The notes beneath the pieces were generated by a model. It made no database searches. It was not told the DNA's origin and was given only the letters and a program-made list of their open reading frames with translations. A stretch of 63,787 nucleotides of DNA, the filler included, from Octopus bimaculoides (lineage: Eukaryota), in assembly GCF_001194135.2 (NCBI RefSeq). It is 5 parts of 5 records of this genome, joined end to end, with 100 filler letters (N's around TTAATTAATTAA, not from the genome) between each part and the next. Parts side by side here need not be neighbours in the genome. Positions count along the whole stretch, not along the records: positions 37,728 to 58,064 come from NC_069003.1; 4 more parts are not named here. One strand, 5' to 3'. Position 1 is the stretch's first letter, and the number at the start of each line of letters is the position of its first letter. Below, piece by piece: positions 39,390-50,619 of the stretch. The translations under genes and the position numbers were made by a program.

Positions 39390-39788
39390 CAACAACTACC
39401 CCAAAAACATACTACCCACTCCAATTATGAAGAAAGGAAGGGATAAAACCCATAAACTGACCACAGTCTGTCTACCCTATGTGAAAAGCCTCTCCGAAAA
39501 GATACAAAAGATATGGGGGCCCATATGATGTCAGGACAGTATTCAAGAGTAATACAACACTTCGCAAATATCTCCTTCGAGTAAAACCACCAATAGAAGA
39601 GAATATGACCAAAGACTGCATGTACTCCATCCCATGCAGCTGTGGTAGGTTATACAAAGGCTAGACATGTTGCCCCCTCAAAATAAGGGTAGAGGAACAT
39701 CGCAAAGCTGTGACATGAGAAGATATTGATAAATCAGGTATAGCTGATCATGGATGGAAAAACACAGGCCACCTCCCCCTGTGGGATG
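39390..39788 (+). mobile_element. Penelope/Poseidon-type PLE GIY-YIG fragment
   Basis: CLPYVKSLSEKIQK; RTVFKSNTTLRKYL; MYSIPCSCGRLYKG*T; RVEEHRKAV; KSGIADH. Truncated by a family A head at ~39810-39890 (-). Confidence 0.85.
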
Positions 39789-40554
39789 AAGGGTGTTGCA
39801 CCAAACACTTGTTCTTGGTGCCATGTAGTGAGACTGAACCTGAAACCAAGTAGTTGGGAAGCAAACTTCTTAGCCACACAGCCATGCAGATAATTTATAA
39901 ATAGACAGTTAAGCTTAAGATCAAACGACTGAGTAGTATTCAGATAACTAAACAACCTGTTGAAGTTCTCACGAAATAGAGAGATAATGAAATTATCACA
40001 GCTTAGTAAACTTTAACGACATATCAGTGTTTCGATGAAATAGAGAGATTGAAAGAGATGTTGCAGGTATGGCTTTTGGCATGCATGNNNNNNNNNNNNN
40101 NNNNNNNNNNNNNNNNNNNNNNNNNNNNNNNNNNNNNNNNNNNNNNNNNNNNNNNNNNNNNNNNNNNNNNNNNNNNNNNNNNNNNNNNNNNNNNNNNNNN
40201 NNNNNNNNNNNNNNNNNNNNNNNNNNNNNNNNNNNNNNNNNNNNNNNNNNNNNNNNNNNNNNNNNNNNNNNNNNNNNNNNNNNNNNNNNNNNNNNNNNNN
40301 NNNNNNNNNNNNNNNNNNNNNNNNNNNNNNNNNNNNNNNNNNNNNNNNNNNNNNNNNNNNNNNNNNNNNNNNNNNNNNNNNNNNNNNNNNNNNNNNNNNN
40401 NNNNNNNNNNNNNNNNNNNNNNNNNNNNNNNNNNNNNNNNNNNNNNNNNNNNNNNNNNNNNNGGAGCAATGACAATGAATTTCATACCATGAACTCCCAG
40501 GGAGTATCGTAACGAGGTTCAATTTCTGAAGGGTTGCTTAAATGGAGCCCTACT

Positions 40555-40766
40555 GACCCCACCTATTTGTTTCTGTTGTGCCTGTAATTCAAAGGGTCAG
40601 CCTTGTCACACTCTGTGTCATGCTGAATATCCCCAAGAACTACGTTAAGGGTACATGTGTCTGTGGAGTGCTCAGCCACTTGCACGTTAATTTCACGAGC
40701 AGGCAGTTCCGTTGATCGGATCAACTGGAACCCTCGACGTCGTAAGCGACGGAGTGCCAACAACAA
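40555..40766 (+). mobile_element. family C SINE 3' part
   Basis: Colinear with 260-449; ends GGAGTGCCAACAACAA. Confidence 0.85.
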
Positions 40767-41120
40767 TATATTCGTAAGACTTGGTGTTTCCATTATGTAT
40801 TCATCCAAATGATTTTTATTCAGCATATATAATGCACCTATCGTTGTTGTTTTCATCATCATCTAACTAGCTAAATATTTCCTGTGAACATGTCATCTGA
40901 ACTCGACGATGGCCTAATCTCATGCAACATGCAGCATATTAATTTAGCCAGCTGCTCATGCATTAACAAATTGTTATTCACATGAGTGCACATTTATGCA
41001 CAAGCATGCATGCGGACACACATACACACACACACCTCAGACCTTGATTCAGCTATTAATATAGTATCATAAATCCGAAATAACTTCAGCAACTAATTGA
41101 TTATTATTATCTCATAATTG

Positions 41121-41184
<64 letters not shown>

Positions 41185-41601
41185 TAGGGTGATGAGTGGC
41201 AGAACTGACAACATTCCAGATAAAATGTTTTGTTACACAGTTACATTCCATCAAGTTGATTTTGCCTCTTCTCAATGGTTTTCTAAATCTCCTAGCCTTA
41301 CCATTATTTTCTTCTCACTCTGACCACTGACCCTCACCAGTAACACTTCCTCCTCCTCCTCCCCTAACCCACAAGTTTCCTCCTCTCTAATCCCACTTCA
41401 TTTATCTTTCAACACCAGTAAACATTTTCATTCACACTCTCTCATTCTCTGCAAGGGCTTCGCTGCAAATATTAGACCTGTCTTCTTCCTCATCACATAG
41501 AATTATTCCACCATTTGAATTATGTTGTATTAACCTGCAGAACTTGAGATTCTTGTGTTTTAGTGATTACATGTTACTACTACTACTACTACTACTACTA
41601 C

Positions 41602-41632
<31 letters not shown>

Positions 41633-41633
<1 letters not shown>

Positions 41634-41798
41634 GGAGTGGCTGTGTGGTAAGTAGCTTGCTTACCAACCACATGGTTCTGGGTTCAGTCCCACTGCGTGG
41701 CACCTTGGGCAAGTGTCTTCTACTATAACCTCGGGCCGACCAAAGCTTTGTGAGTGGATTTGGTAGACGGAAACTGAAAGAGGCCCGTTGTATATATG

Positions 41799-41839
<41 letters not shown>

Positions 41840-42053
41840 ATGTTTGTGTGTCTGTGTTTGTCCCCCCAACATCGCTTGACAACTGATGCTGGTGTGTTTA
41901 TGTCCCTGTAACTTAGCGGTTCAGCAAAAGAGACCGATAGAATAAGTACTAGGCTTACAAAGAATAAGTCCTGGGGTCGATTTGCTCGACTAAAGGCGGT
42001 GCTCCAGCATGGCCGCAGTCAAATGACTGATACAAGTAAAAGGGCAAAAGAGT
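41633..42053 (+). mobile_element. family A CORE-SINE, full length
   Basis: Complete head, core, central microsatellite and AGTAAAAG tail; follows a (TAC)/(AAT) run. Confidence 0.92.
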
Positions 42054-42180
42054 AATAATAATATTGTTGTATTTGGGGATGGTCATGTTGCCAGTTTAGC
42101 CAATAAAAACACACGCACTATATATTTGGTGTTAATTTGCTTCAGATTTATTTTATTTTTTTACGTTAATCGTATTTCGG

Positions 42181-42220
42181 CCAGAATTCTTTCGTCACAC
42201 TTCTGTGACCTCATCAGTGG
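42181..42220 (-). ncRNA. minimal type I hammerhead ribozyme motif
   Basis: CCA-CUGAUGA-G-GUCACA(GAAG)UGUGAC-GAAA-GAAU-UC-UGG: intact core, 6-bp stem II, 3-bp stem I, very short stem III. Confidence 0.7.
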
Positions 42221-42325
42221 TCCTTTCCTTACTAACGATCAGCCATTTTGTATTTTTAGCCATACAAAAAAAGCTGATCGTTAGTAAGGAAAGACAGACA
42301 AATAAGAAAGAAGAAAGCAAAAGAA

Positions 42326-42365
42326 CCACTGATGAGGTCACAGAAGTGTGACGAAAGAACTCTGG
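42326..42365 (+). ncRNA. minimal type I hammerhead ribozyme motif
   Basis: CCA-CUGAUGA-G-GUCACA(GAAG)UGUGAC-GAAA-G-AA-C-UC-UGG; stem III A-U/G-C with an AA loop; predicted cleavage after C42362. Confidence 0.75.
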
Positions 42366-42874
42366 CCGAAATACAAGGTACCACACAGTGGGACTGAACC
42401 TGGAACCATGTGGTTGCGAAGCATGATTCTAACCACACAGCCAAGCATTTGAATGTAGAATACTGTAGAATACTGCAACGATCATGGAGGAATAATCCAA
42501 TCATGTTCACGTCAAGATGCAGTCAAGTAACTGTAATATCATACAATTCCAGAATGGATTTGAATAAACCAAAGTTTAAAAAGAAAAAAAAAACTCAAGT
42601 GTTAAACAATAACAAATTTGATGGATCACTCTTAGTGATTTTAAGTTAGCTGCATTAATGGAAGCTGATAAGAGCCTAGAGGTTGAGAATATTATTGTTG
42701 CAGAATGAGATAGAAGAAAAAAAAAACAAAAAACAAAACAAAACCATGGATTACTTGATATGGATGTAATGAAAGTTGATAGTTTTATATTAATACATGA
42801 GACAGAGGTTCCAAGACAATTTGTCTGATTAAGAAGTTTTAAAGGTAACATTCATCTCAAAGGTAACATTGGCT

Positions 42875-43010
42875 TCAAATTTTGCCAGAAGGCCAGAAAA
42901 TTTAGGAGAGAGGATGAGAATCGATTACATTGTTCAACAGGTATTTGTCTTATTGACCCCGAAAAGGTGAAAGGAAAAGATGACTTCGGTGGAAATTGAA
43001 CTCAGAACAT
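42875..43010 (-). mobile_element. family B SINE, partial
   Basis: TTATTGACCCCGAAAAGGTGAAAGG..GGAAATTGAACTCAGAAC. Confidence 0.7.
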
Positions 43011-43114
43011 GTTGTTGTTGGCACTCTGTCGCTTACGACGTCGAGGGTTCCAGTTGATCTGAGCAACGGAACAGCCTGCTCGTGAAATTAACGTGCAAGT
43101 GGCTGAGCACTCCA
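43011..43114 (-). mobile_element. family C SINE 3' fragment
   Basis: GTTGTTGTTGGCACTCTGTCGCTTACGACG..GGCTGAGCACTCCA. Confidence 0.85.
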
Positions 43115-43252
43115 AGAGGGGAATAAGTTAAATAAAATCATAATTAACTGATCCTCCTGTATTTTCTTTTACCCAAAACCAGAAGCTTTTCAGCAACCCT
43201 TCATATTGATCATTATTCAGACAGGTTTATATTTGATACGATNNNNNNNNNN

Positions 43253-43290
<38 letters not shown>

Positions 43291-43511
43291 TACAGGGTGG
43301 GGGACTGAAAAGTACCTGGCTTTAAGGGTATCGCAAAAGGCTTGGTTGGAGGCCCAACCTTCCGAGTTCTTTTATAAGGCTTAGAAAAACTAAAGGATCA
43401 CTGCAATAAGTGTGAATCTGAGCAGAGAATATGTTGAATAAAATCATAATTCACTGATCCTCCTGTATTTTCTTTTACCCAAAACCAGAAGCTTTTCAGC
43501 AACCCTTCATA
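43291..43511. mobile_element. mariner-type MITE with both TIRs
   Basis: Left GGGGACTGAAAAGTACCTGGCTTT; right AAAACCAGAAGCTTTTCAGCAACCCTTCATA. Confidence 0.8.
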
Positions 43512-44625
43512 TTGATCATTATTCAGACAGGTTTATATTTGATACGATCGATGTAAGTAAATTAAAATAACTTTTTCTATTCAGTTTTCTGTTTCTTCAA
43601 CAACATGCAACAAATACAAAGGGATATTGCAATCAACAGAATTTCACTGATGCTGACTTAAACATATGACACAGAGAAATTTTTTACTGATATGACGGTA
43701 GAAAGCAGTGGTGCAAATTGTACTGGACAACTTTTGTTTTCAGAAGTGCAAACAGGGATGTTAAAAAAATGCCCTCTCACAGTGTAGATGTCAAAGAGGA
43801 TAAAAATTAGTTTTGTTATTGAATCATGAAGTTGAAATCTTCAATACTAAAAGAAACCTGTAAACCATATACTAATAAAAAAAAAAATATTTCAAAATTG
43901 GAATTTGTAAGAATATTCTAGATAGTGAAGACTTTAATGCTTTCTTTTCGTAAAAGTGACATATTCTAAACTAATTAATAAGCAGCTTTCTTTTAGTAAA
44001 GATTGCATACCGTTGGTTGCATCACTTGAGAGTATGTAATCCTGATGCAGTATCAAGAACCAATGATTCAAATTGATGATGTTCCAAACAAGGTTATTTA
44101 AATAACCGCGATGCAAGTGTAAAGGTTATATGTGAAATGCTTTCACAAGGCAGAGACATCCTGTATTACATTTGTCAAGTGCATTAACCATAGCTGAAAT
44201 AAGATACACAAATAGAGAGAGGAAAAAGCCTTAATGATGATGGTATGGTTTCATAGATGGGTGTAGGATTTTTGCTTGGATGATAAATTTAAATTGAGCT
44301 CGGGTTGTAGGTCACTAGAATATATTTTTAGCCATAGTTGTGGTTTACTGAAAGTAACATCTGTACATGTGGGTTATAAAGAAAAGCAGAAATACCATGA
44401 ACTACACAGTAACAGAGTTGACTTTTTTTAATGCTGCTATAGGGGTTGTGTGTGTGTGTGTGAGAGAGAGAGAAAGAAAGAAAAGTGATGAGATACAATG
44501 GGACATATCTAGTCTATGCCAGCATGGTAAACAGGCATTAAATAACGATGATGATGATATAATGCACATACAGGATATTTGGGTTAAATTTGATGATTCT
44601 TTTTGTCTCTCTCTCGTTTACTCGA

Positions 44626-44840
44626 TTACTTGTTTCAGTCATTTGACTGCGGCCATGCTGGAGCACCGCCTTTAGTCGAGCAAATCGACCCCAGGACTTA
44701 TTCTTTGGAAGCCTAGTACTTATTCTATCGGTCTCTTTTTGCCGAACTGCTAAGTTACGGGGACGTAAACACACCAGCATCGATTGTCAAGCGATGTTGG
44801 GGGGACAAACACAGACACACAAACATATACACACACATAC

Positions 44841-44932
<92 letters not shown>

Positions 44933-44933
44933 G
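44626..44933 (-). mobile_element. family A SINE 3' part
   Basis: Reverse complement of the tail through the central (TA)n to ATACGAC. Confidence 0.88.
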
Positions 44934-45030
44934 ACAGTCTCTTTTTATTTTATTTATTTATTTTTTTTTCAGAAACAGTTTAATGTATTAGTGAACAGTC
45001 AATGGTGTTGGGAAACATCAAAGTTAGTTA

Positions 45031-45108
45031 TCTGACATGGAGGACTGGAAGCCATCTGACATGGAGGACTGGCAGCCATCTGACATGGAGGACTGGAAGC
45101 CATCTGAC
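45031..45108 (+). repeat. 24-bp tandem repeat, about 3.2 units
   Basis: TCTGACATGGAGGACTGG(A/C)AGCCA repeated; reads MEDW(K/Q)PSD in frame. Confidence 0.9.
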
Positions 45109-45535
45109 TATTGGAGAAAAGTTATTTGTATCATGGTGATTTGTGCCAGGTATCAAAATGCCAACATCATCACTGCTGCTCAATGCTCTGTGAACACTAA
45201 AAGCTGTATGACATGCCACGGGCATGTCCCACACATCATGTAAACCAAAGTCCTCCAAACTGTGATGGTGTTTGGATGTGTCTCCAGTGAGGGTGACATC
45301 ACGCTACCAAATAACTTTGAACAGGGTCTTAGACTCAATTCAGAAGGCTATGTGAAGCTACTGGAGACTGTGGTCAAACCCTGGCTGGAGAGAGTTGCTG
45401 TTGGAATTGGAAGGCTTATGTAACAGGATTCAGTTGTTTGCCATATCACCGGAAAGAGTCAGAAGTGGTGGCTGGAGAGTTTCTGTGACTTCACTAGCTC
45501 CAATTTCTGGCCTCCGAATTCCCACAATTCTAATC
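45037..45535 (+). mobile_element. Tc1/mariner (DD37D/maT-like) transposase pseudogene with internal deletion
   Basis: TVMVFGCVSSEGD..FEQGLRLNSEGYVKLLETVVKPWLERVA..QDS..KSQKW..NFWPPNS. Confidence 0.8.
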
Positions 45536-46293
45536 TGTGTCCATAGCCTGCACTAGGTGCATCCAACACCATTCCTACATACTGAGTAGGGGCGATTACC
45601 TGATGGAATAATGGTCTTATTCACCTTCTTGCTAACAACTTTGGTCTTTGCTAGGTTAACTTTGAGGCTCTTTGATTCTAGGTTTTGTTTCTATACCTAG
45701 AATCTCCTTCCAGCTTGTGTTACATGAGCATGGTCATCAGGTTTAGAGTAATTCTCACAGGCAGCTAGACTTAAATTCTTCTGTTGTGGCCAGGAGAACA
45801 ATGATGAATAGGAAGACACTGAGAGGTGAATTTTTGTGAACTACTTGTACACTAAATTCATTACTGTACCCATGGTTGGCTCTCACCCTACTCACAGCAC
45901 CCTTTATACATGGCTTGCACAGCTCCAACAAGCCATTCACCAACTCCTAACTTCCTTAGAGAACAACATCAGATAACAGAGCAAAGGACTCTGATAAAGA
46001 CTTTCTTCAGGTTGAAGAATGTCAAGTACAATGGCTTACTTTTAGCTAAAGACATCTCTTGCAGCTGTCCCACTAGGAAGATGGTATCCTAGCGCTCCTC
46101 CCTTGCACAAAGCCAATGTGCATCTCATCTAGCCTAATTCTCTTCCTAATCAAGTGGGCTATAACTCCCTCTGTAACTTTCATGATCTGGTTCAACAGTT
46201 TGATACCTCTGCACTTGTTTCTAAGGCACTTCTTTTACTCTTGTAGCAACTAACCATAATGCTGTTAGAGAAGTTACTGGATATGATACTTTC

Positions 46294-47561
46294 CTGAGCC
46301 ACTTTATTACATGAGCCACTTGATTACATGAGCCACTTGATTACATGAGCCACTTGATTACATGAGCCACTTGATTACATGAGCCACTTGATTACATGAG
46401 CCACTTTATTATATGAGCCACTTGATTACATGAACCACTTGATTACATGAACCACTTGATTACATGAGCCACTTGATTACATGAGTCACTTGATTACATG
46501 AGCCACTTGATTACATGAGCCACTTGATTACATGAGCCACTTTATTATATGAGCCACTTGATTACATGAGCCACTTGATTACATGAGCCACTTGATTACA
46601 TGAGCCACTTGATTACATGNNNNNNNNNNNNNNNNNNNNNNNNNNNNNNNNNNNNNNNNNNNNNNNNNNNNNNNNNNNNNNNNNNNNNNNNNNNNNNNNN
46701 NNNNNNNNNNNNNNNNNNNNNNNNNNNNNNNNNNNNNNNNNNNNNNNNNNNNNNNNNNNNNNNNNNNNNNNNNNNNNNNNNNNNNNNNNNNNNNNNNNNN
46801 NNNNNNNNNNNNNNNNNNNNNNNNNNNNNNNNNNNNNNNNNNNNNNNNNNNNNNNNNNNNNNNNNNNNNNNNNNNNNNNNNNNNNNNNNNNNNNNNNNNN
46901 NNNNNNNNNNNNNNNNNNNNNNNNNNNNNNNNNNNNNNNNNNNNNNNNNNNNNNNNNNNNNNNNNNNNNNNNNNNNNNNNNNNNNNNNNNNNNNNNNNNN
47001 NNNNNNNNNNNNNNNNNNNNNNNNNNNNNNNNNNNNNNNNNNNNNNNNNNNNNNNNNNNNNNNNNNNNNNNNNNNNNNNNNNNNNNNNNNNNNNNNNNNN
47101 NNNNNNNNNNNNNNNNNNNNNNNNNNNNNNNNNNNNNNNNNNNNNNNNNNNNNNNNNNNNNNNNNNNNNNNNNNNNNNNNNNNNNNNNNNNNNNNNNNNN
47201 NNNNNNNNNNNNNNNNNNCTGAGCCACTTTATTACATGAGCCACTTGATTACATGAGCCACTTGATTACATGAGCCACTTGATTACATGAGCCACTTGAT
47301 TACATGAGCCACTTGATTACATGAGCCACTTTATTATATGAGCCACTTGATTACATGAACCACTTGATTACATGAACCACTTGATTACATGAGCCACTTG
47401 ATTACATGAGTCACTTGATTACATGAGCCACTTGATTACATGAGCCACTTGATTACATGAGCCACTTTATTATATGAGCCACTTGATTACATGAGCCACT
47501 TGATTACATGAGCCACTTGATTACATGAGCCACTTGATTACATGAGCCACTTGATTACATG
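46294..47561. repeat. 17-bp minisatellite (CATGAGCCACTTGATTA)n, split by an N gap
   Basis: About 19-20 units on each side of gap 46620-47218, with variants ACTTTATTA, TGAACC and TGAGTC. Confidence 0.95.
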
Positions 47562-47597
47562 GGTGATTAAGTTGAATCCTACTCCACCAAATATTTG

Positions 47598-47828
47598 AAC
47601 TGTTTAGCGTTCAGATTATTCTGTCAAACATAATGCTTATTAATTCACATTGCTTTGAATTAATTAATCATGCATTATCTCACAGCTTTGTGATTTCAAT
47701 TACATAATTGTTTATTTTTTACAATGACAATAGGTAGTTATGAGAAGCTGGACCTGGTCAGTATGAACAAAAAAAAAACAGATAGAATAATTGAACCAGA
47801 TATGGCTGGTTTGAATAATAAACAGATA
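47598..47828. mobile_element. piggyBac-like MITE, second copy, inside the RTE
   Basis: Homologous to 35390-35607 (CCAGATATGGCTGGTTT end); degenerate TTAA flanks. Confidence 0.7.
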
Positions 47829-48092
47829 AGCATTTCAGCAGTGATTCCTGATGATCCAGAGGCTTTCCCTGTCTTCATATCCTTAATTACTTTATCTACA
47901 GTCATAGCCAATAGTTTGAAACATAGGTCTGAAAATTAGAATTTTTATATTAAATGTTGTATTGAAAGTAAGCAATTTGGTCGAGAACTATGTTTTTTTG
48001 AGTTTGCCTGTTTTTTTCTTCTATATATTGAGCCACCAGATCGATTATTAGGTAAATATATCTCTACGTTGTATATATTTGAATCAAATTAT

Positions 48093-48395
48093 ACTCTTAC
48101 TCTTTACTCTTTTACTTGTTTCAGTCATTTGACTGTGGCCATGCTGGAGCACCGCCTTTAGTCGAGCAAACCAACCCCAGGACTTATTCTTTGTAAGCCT
48201 AGTACTTATTCTATCGGTCTCTTTTGCCGAACCACTAAATTACGGGGACTTAAACACACCACCATCGGTTGTCAAGCGATGTTGGGGGGACAAACACAGA
48301 CACACAAACATAGACACATACATATACATATATATATACATATATATGACAAGCTTCTTTCAGTTTCCGTCAACCAAATCCACTCACAAAGCTTG
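48093..48395 (-). mobile_element. family A SINE, 5'-truncated
   Basis: Tail through AAATCCACTCACAAAGC. Confidence 0.88.
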
Positions 48396-48513
48396 AATGA
48401 ACCTCTTATCATATGTCATCAAACCAGACATGATATTACCTGAAATATGTGTGTGTGTGTGTGTGTGTGTATAGATATGTTTATATACATATGTACGTAT
48501 ATATGTATATATT

Positions 48514-48900
48514 ACTCTTTTACTTGTTTCAGTCAGTTGACTGCGGCCATGCTGGAGGACCGCCTTTAGTCGAGCAAATCGACCCCAGGACTTATTCTTT
48601 GTAAGCCTAGTACTTATTCTATCGGTCTCTTTTGCCGAACCGCTAAGTTACGGGGACGTAAACACACCAGCATCGGTTGTCAAGCGATGTTGGAGGGACA
48701 AACACAGACACACAAACACACATATATACATATACATATATACGACGGGCTTCTTTCAGTTTCCGTCTACCAAATCCACTCACAAGGCTTTGGTCGGCCC
48801 GAGGCTATAGTAGAAGACACTTGCCCAAGGTGCCACGCAGTGAGACTGAACCCGGAACCATGTGGTTGGTAAGCAAGCTACTTACCACACAGCCACTCCT
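48514..48900 (-). mobile_element. family A CORE-SINE, full length, little diverged
   Basis: Near-consensus copy from tail to CCACACAGCCACTCCT. Confidence 0.92.
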
Positions 48901-49371
48901 GCGTTTATATACATGTGTGTGTGTGTGTGTGTGAGTGGGCATATTCATATATCTATATCTAAATAAACAGGTAATATTGGTGAAGGATAATGAGAGAGGG
49001 AGAGAGGGGGGGAGAAAGAGAGAGAGAGAAAGGGTGTATGTAAGAATGGAAGAAAGAAAAGAGAAAGAAAGTAGAGTTGAAAGTAACTCTAGGTAACGTA
49101 CATAGTTGTTTGTTTTATTATAGCTCTGTGCCTTTGTAACATATATATATATACGCCCACGTGTGCATACAAGTGTGTATATATAATACACACATGCACA
49201 CACAGCACGGATAATTGCTATCTATCTATTTAAAGGTCGCCAAGTCATAAGCAAAGGAAGTCGCAATGAACCAAACTAATAGTGGTTAACAATATATACA
49301 TACTTACTTGTGCGCAAGTGTATATGTGTGCAGGCATGTATATATGTGTATGTGTGTATATGTATATATAT

Positions 49372-49650
49372 CAGGTGTTTTTAAACTTTTTGACTTGCGG
49401 ACCCCTTTATATTTCAGGCTTCACCTTAGGGATCCCTTATACACGCTTATGAAATTTATACATAAATATTTGCTTAAAATAACATATATTTTTACATTTA
49501 TTTATTTAACAGTATCTAACAAATAGGTTTATTGTCAATTAAAAGATTTCGATTAAAAAAACATATATAAAATCAAATTGCCCATTAGAAGTATTTGCTG
49601 TCCACGGACCCCCTGTCTTGTCCTTGCGGACCACAGTTTGAAAACCCCTG
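49372..49650. mobile_element. hAT (Charlie-like) MITE
   Basis: TIRs CAGGTGTTTTTAAAC / reverse complement CAGGGGTTTTCAAAC; 8-bp ATATATAT on both sides. Confidence 0.85.
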
Positions 49651-50437
49651 ATATATATCACCATCATGCTGTCATGGGTTGGATGGTTTGACACGGAGCT
49701 GTCCTGACTCCAATAGTTTGTCTTGGCTTGGTTTCTATGGCTGGATGCCCCTCCTAATGCCAATCACTTAACAGAGTGTGTTGGGACACTTTTTATATGC
49801 CACCGGCAAGGGTGTGTTTACACATCAGTGGCACAGGTGTGTTTATGCAGCACTGGCACAGGTACTTTTTAAGTGGCACTGACACCTGAAAGGTCAAACC
49901 TGTATATGTGGAAGACAGTAATTTTATTTAGCTTGATGCATCTTATGAAGTGTGAGTTTTTACTTCTGCATAGAGACATGGTTTACACAGCCACCAGTAA
50001 CACTGCCATCCCAACCACTCCCACCACCACTGCTACCACCACCACCACCACTACCACCGCCGCCGCCACTCCCACCACCACCACCATCACACAATATTTC
50101 AGTAATGATCTTTATAAAACTATGACATGGTCCAATGAGAAAGTGGCAGGCACTTTAGTCAATAGGATTTACTGCAGTATATGACAGGTACTTTCATATA
50201 CAACAGACCAATGATACACAAATAAAAGCAGACAATCAATATGTTTAATGGTTGTCTTTACCTCATTAACCACACACATTAAATGCACAGGCTTCACATA
50301 GAGTATAATAGAAACTGAGAGATATCTCTGTCTATTGTCAACAAATAGTGTTTATGATCAAGTTCTTTTCAGCTAACCTGCAGGAAGGAATTCAAACCTG
50401 TAGGAATTCCCATTAAACATTCACTGAGTATTGTGGA

Positions 50438-50590
50438 GGTGCATGGCTTAGTGGTTAGGGTGCTGGACTTATGATCATAAGATTGTAGTTTCGATTCCTG
50501 AACCAGGCAATGCACTGTGCTCTTGAGCAAAACACTTTCTTTCATGTTGCTCCAGTCCACCAAGCTGGTAAAAGATGAGTAATCTTGTGA
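50438..50590 (+). mobile_element. family D SINE head
   Basis: GCATGGCTTAGTGGTTAGG, GTTTCGATTCC, CTTGAGCAAAACACTT, CTCCAGTCCACC. Confidence 0.7.
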
Positions 50591-50619
50591 TGAGCCAGTT
50601 TGTTCATTCCAACCTACAT

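Larger units (their letters stand above)
42054..42375. mobile_element. inverted pair of Penelope-type terminal repeat fragments
   Basis: 42172-42243 is the reverse complement of 42274-42375, apart from a ~30-bp indel and one or two substitutions. Confidence 0.75.
45545..47930 (-). mobile_element. RTE LINE RT pseudogene with nested MITE and minisatellite
   Basis: VDKVIKDMKTGKASGSSGITAEML (~47830-47900); IFGGVGFNLITHV (~47560-47595); NKVAQESI..VSCYKSKRSALE; RGIKLLNQIMKVTE..LIRKRIRLDEM; RKLGVGEWLV..MYKGAVSRVR; SPLSVFLFIIV. Confidence 0.88.

Noticed and set aside
38661-40522. Long ORFs consisting mostly of X (also 2.6-3.4, 46.6-47.2, 50.7-51.8 and 54.7-55.5 kb)
   Set aside because: They are open only because N gaps contain no stops.
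46294-47561. 17-bp repeat array as CRISPR
   Set aside because: Units abut directly with no unique spacers, no cas genes are present, and the unit derives from the surrounding RTE.
48677-48934. Recurring short ORFs such as EDTCPRCHAVGLNPEPCGW or [13 protein letters not shown]
   Set aside because: Chance frames of the family A SINE, repeated wherever the SINE occurs.
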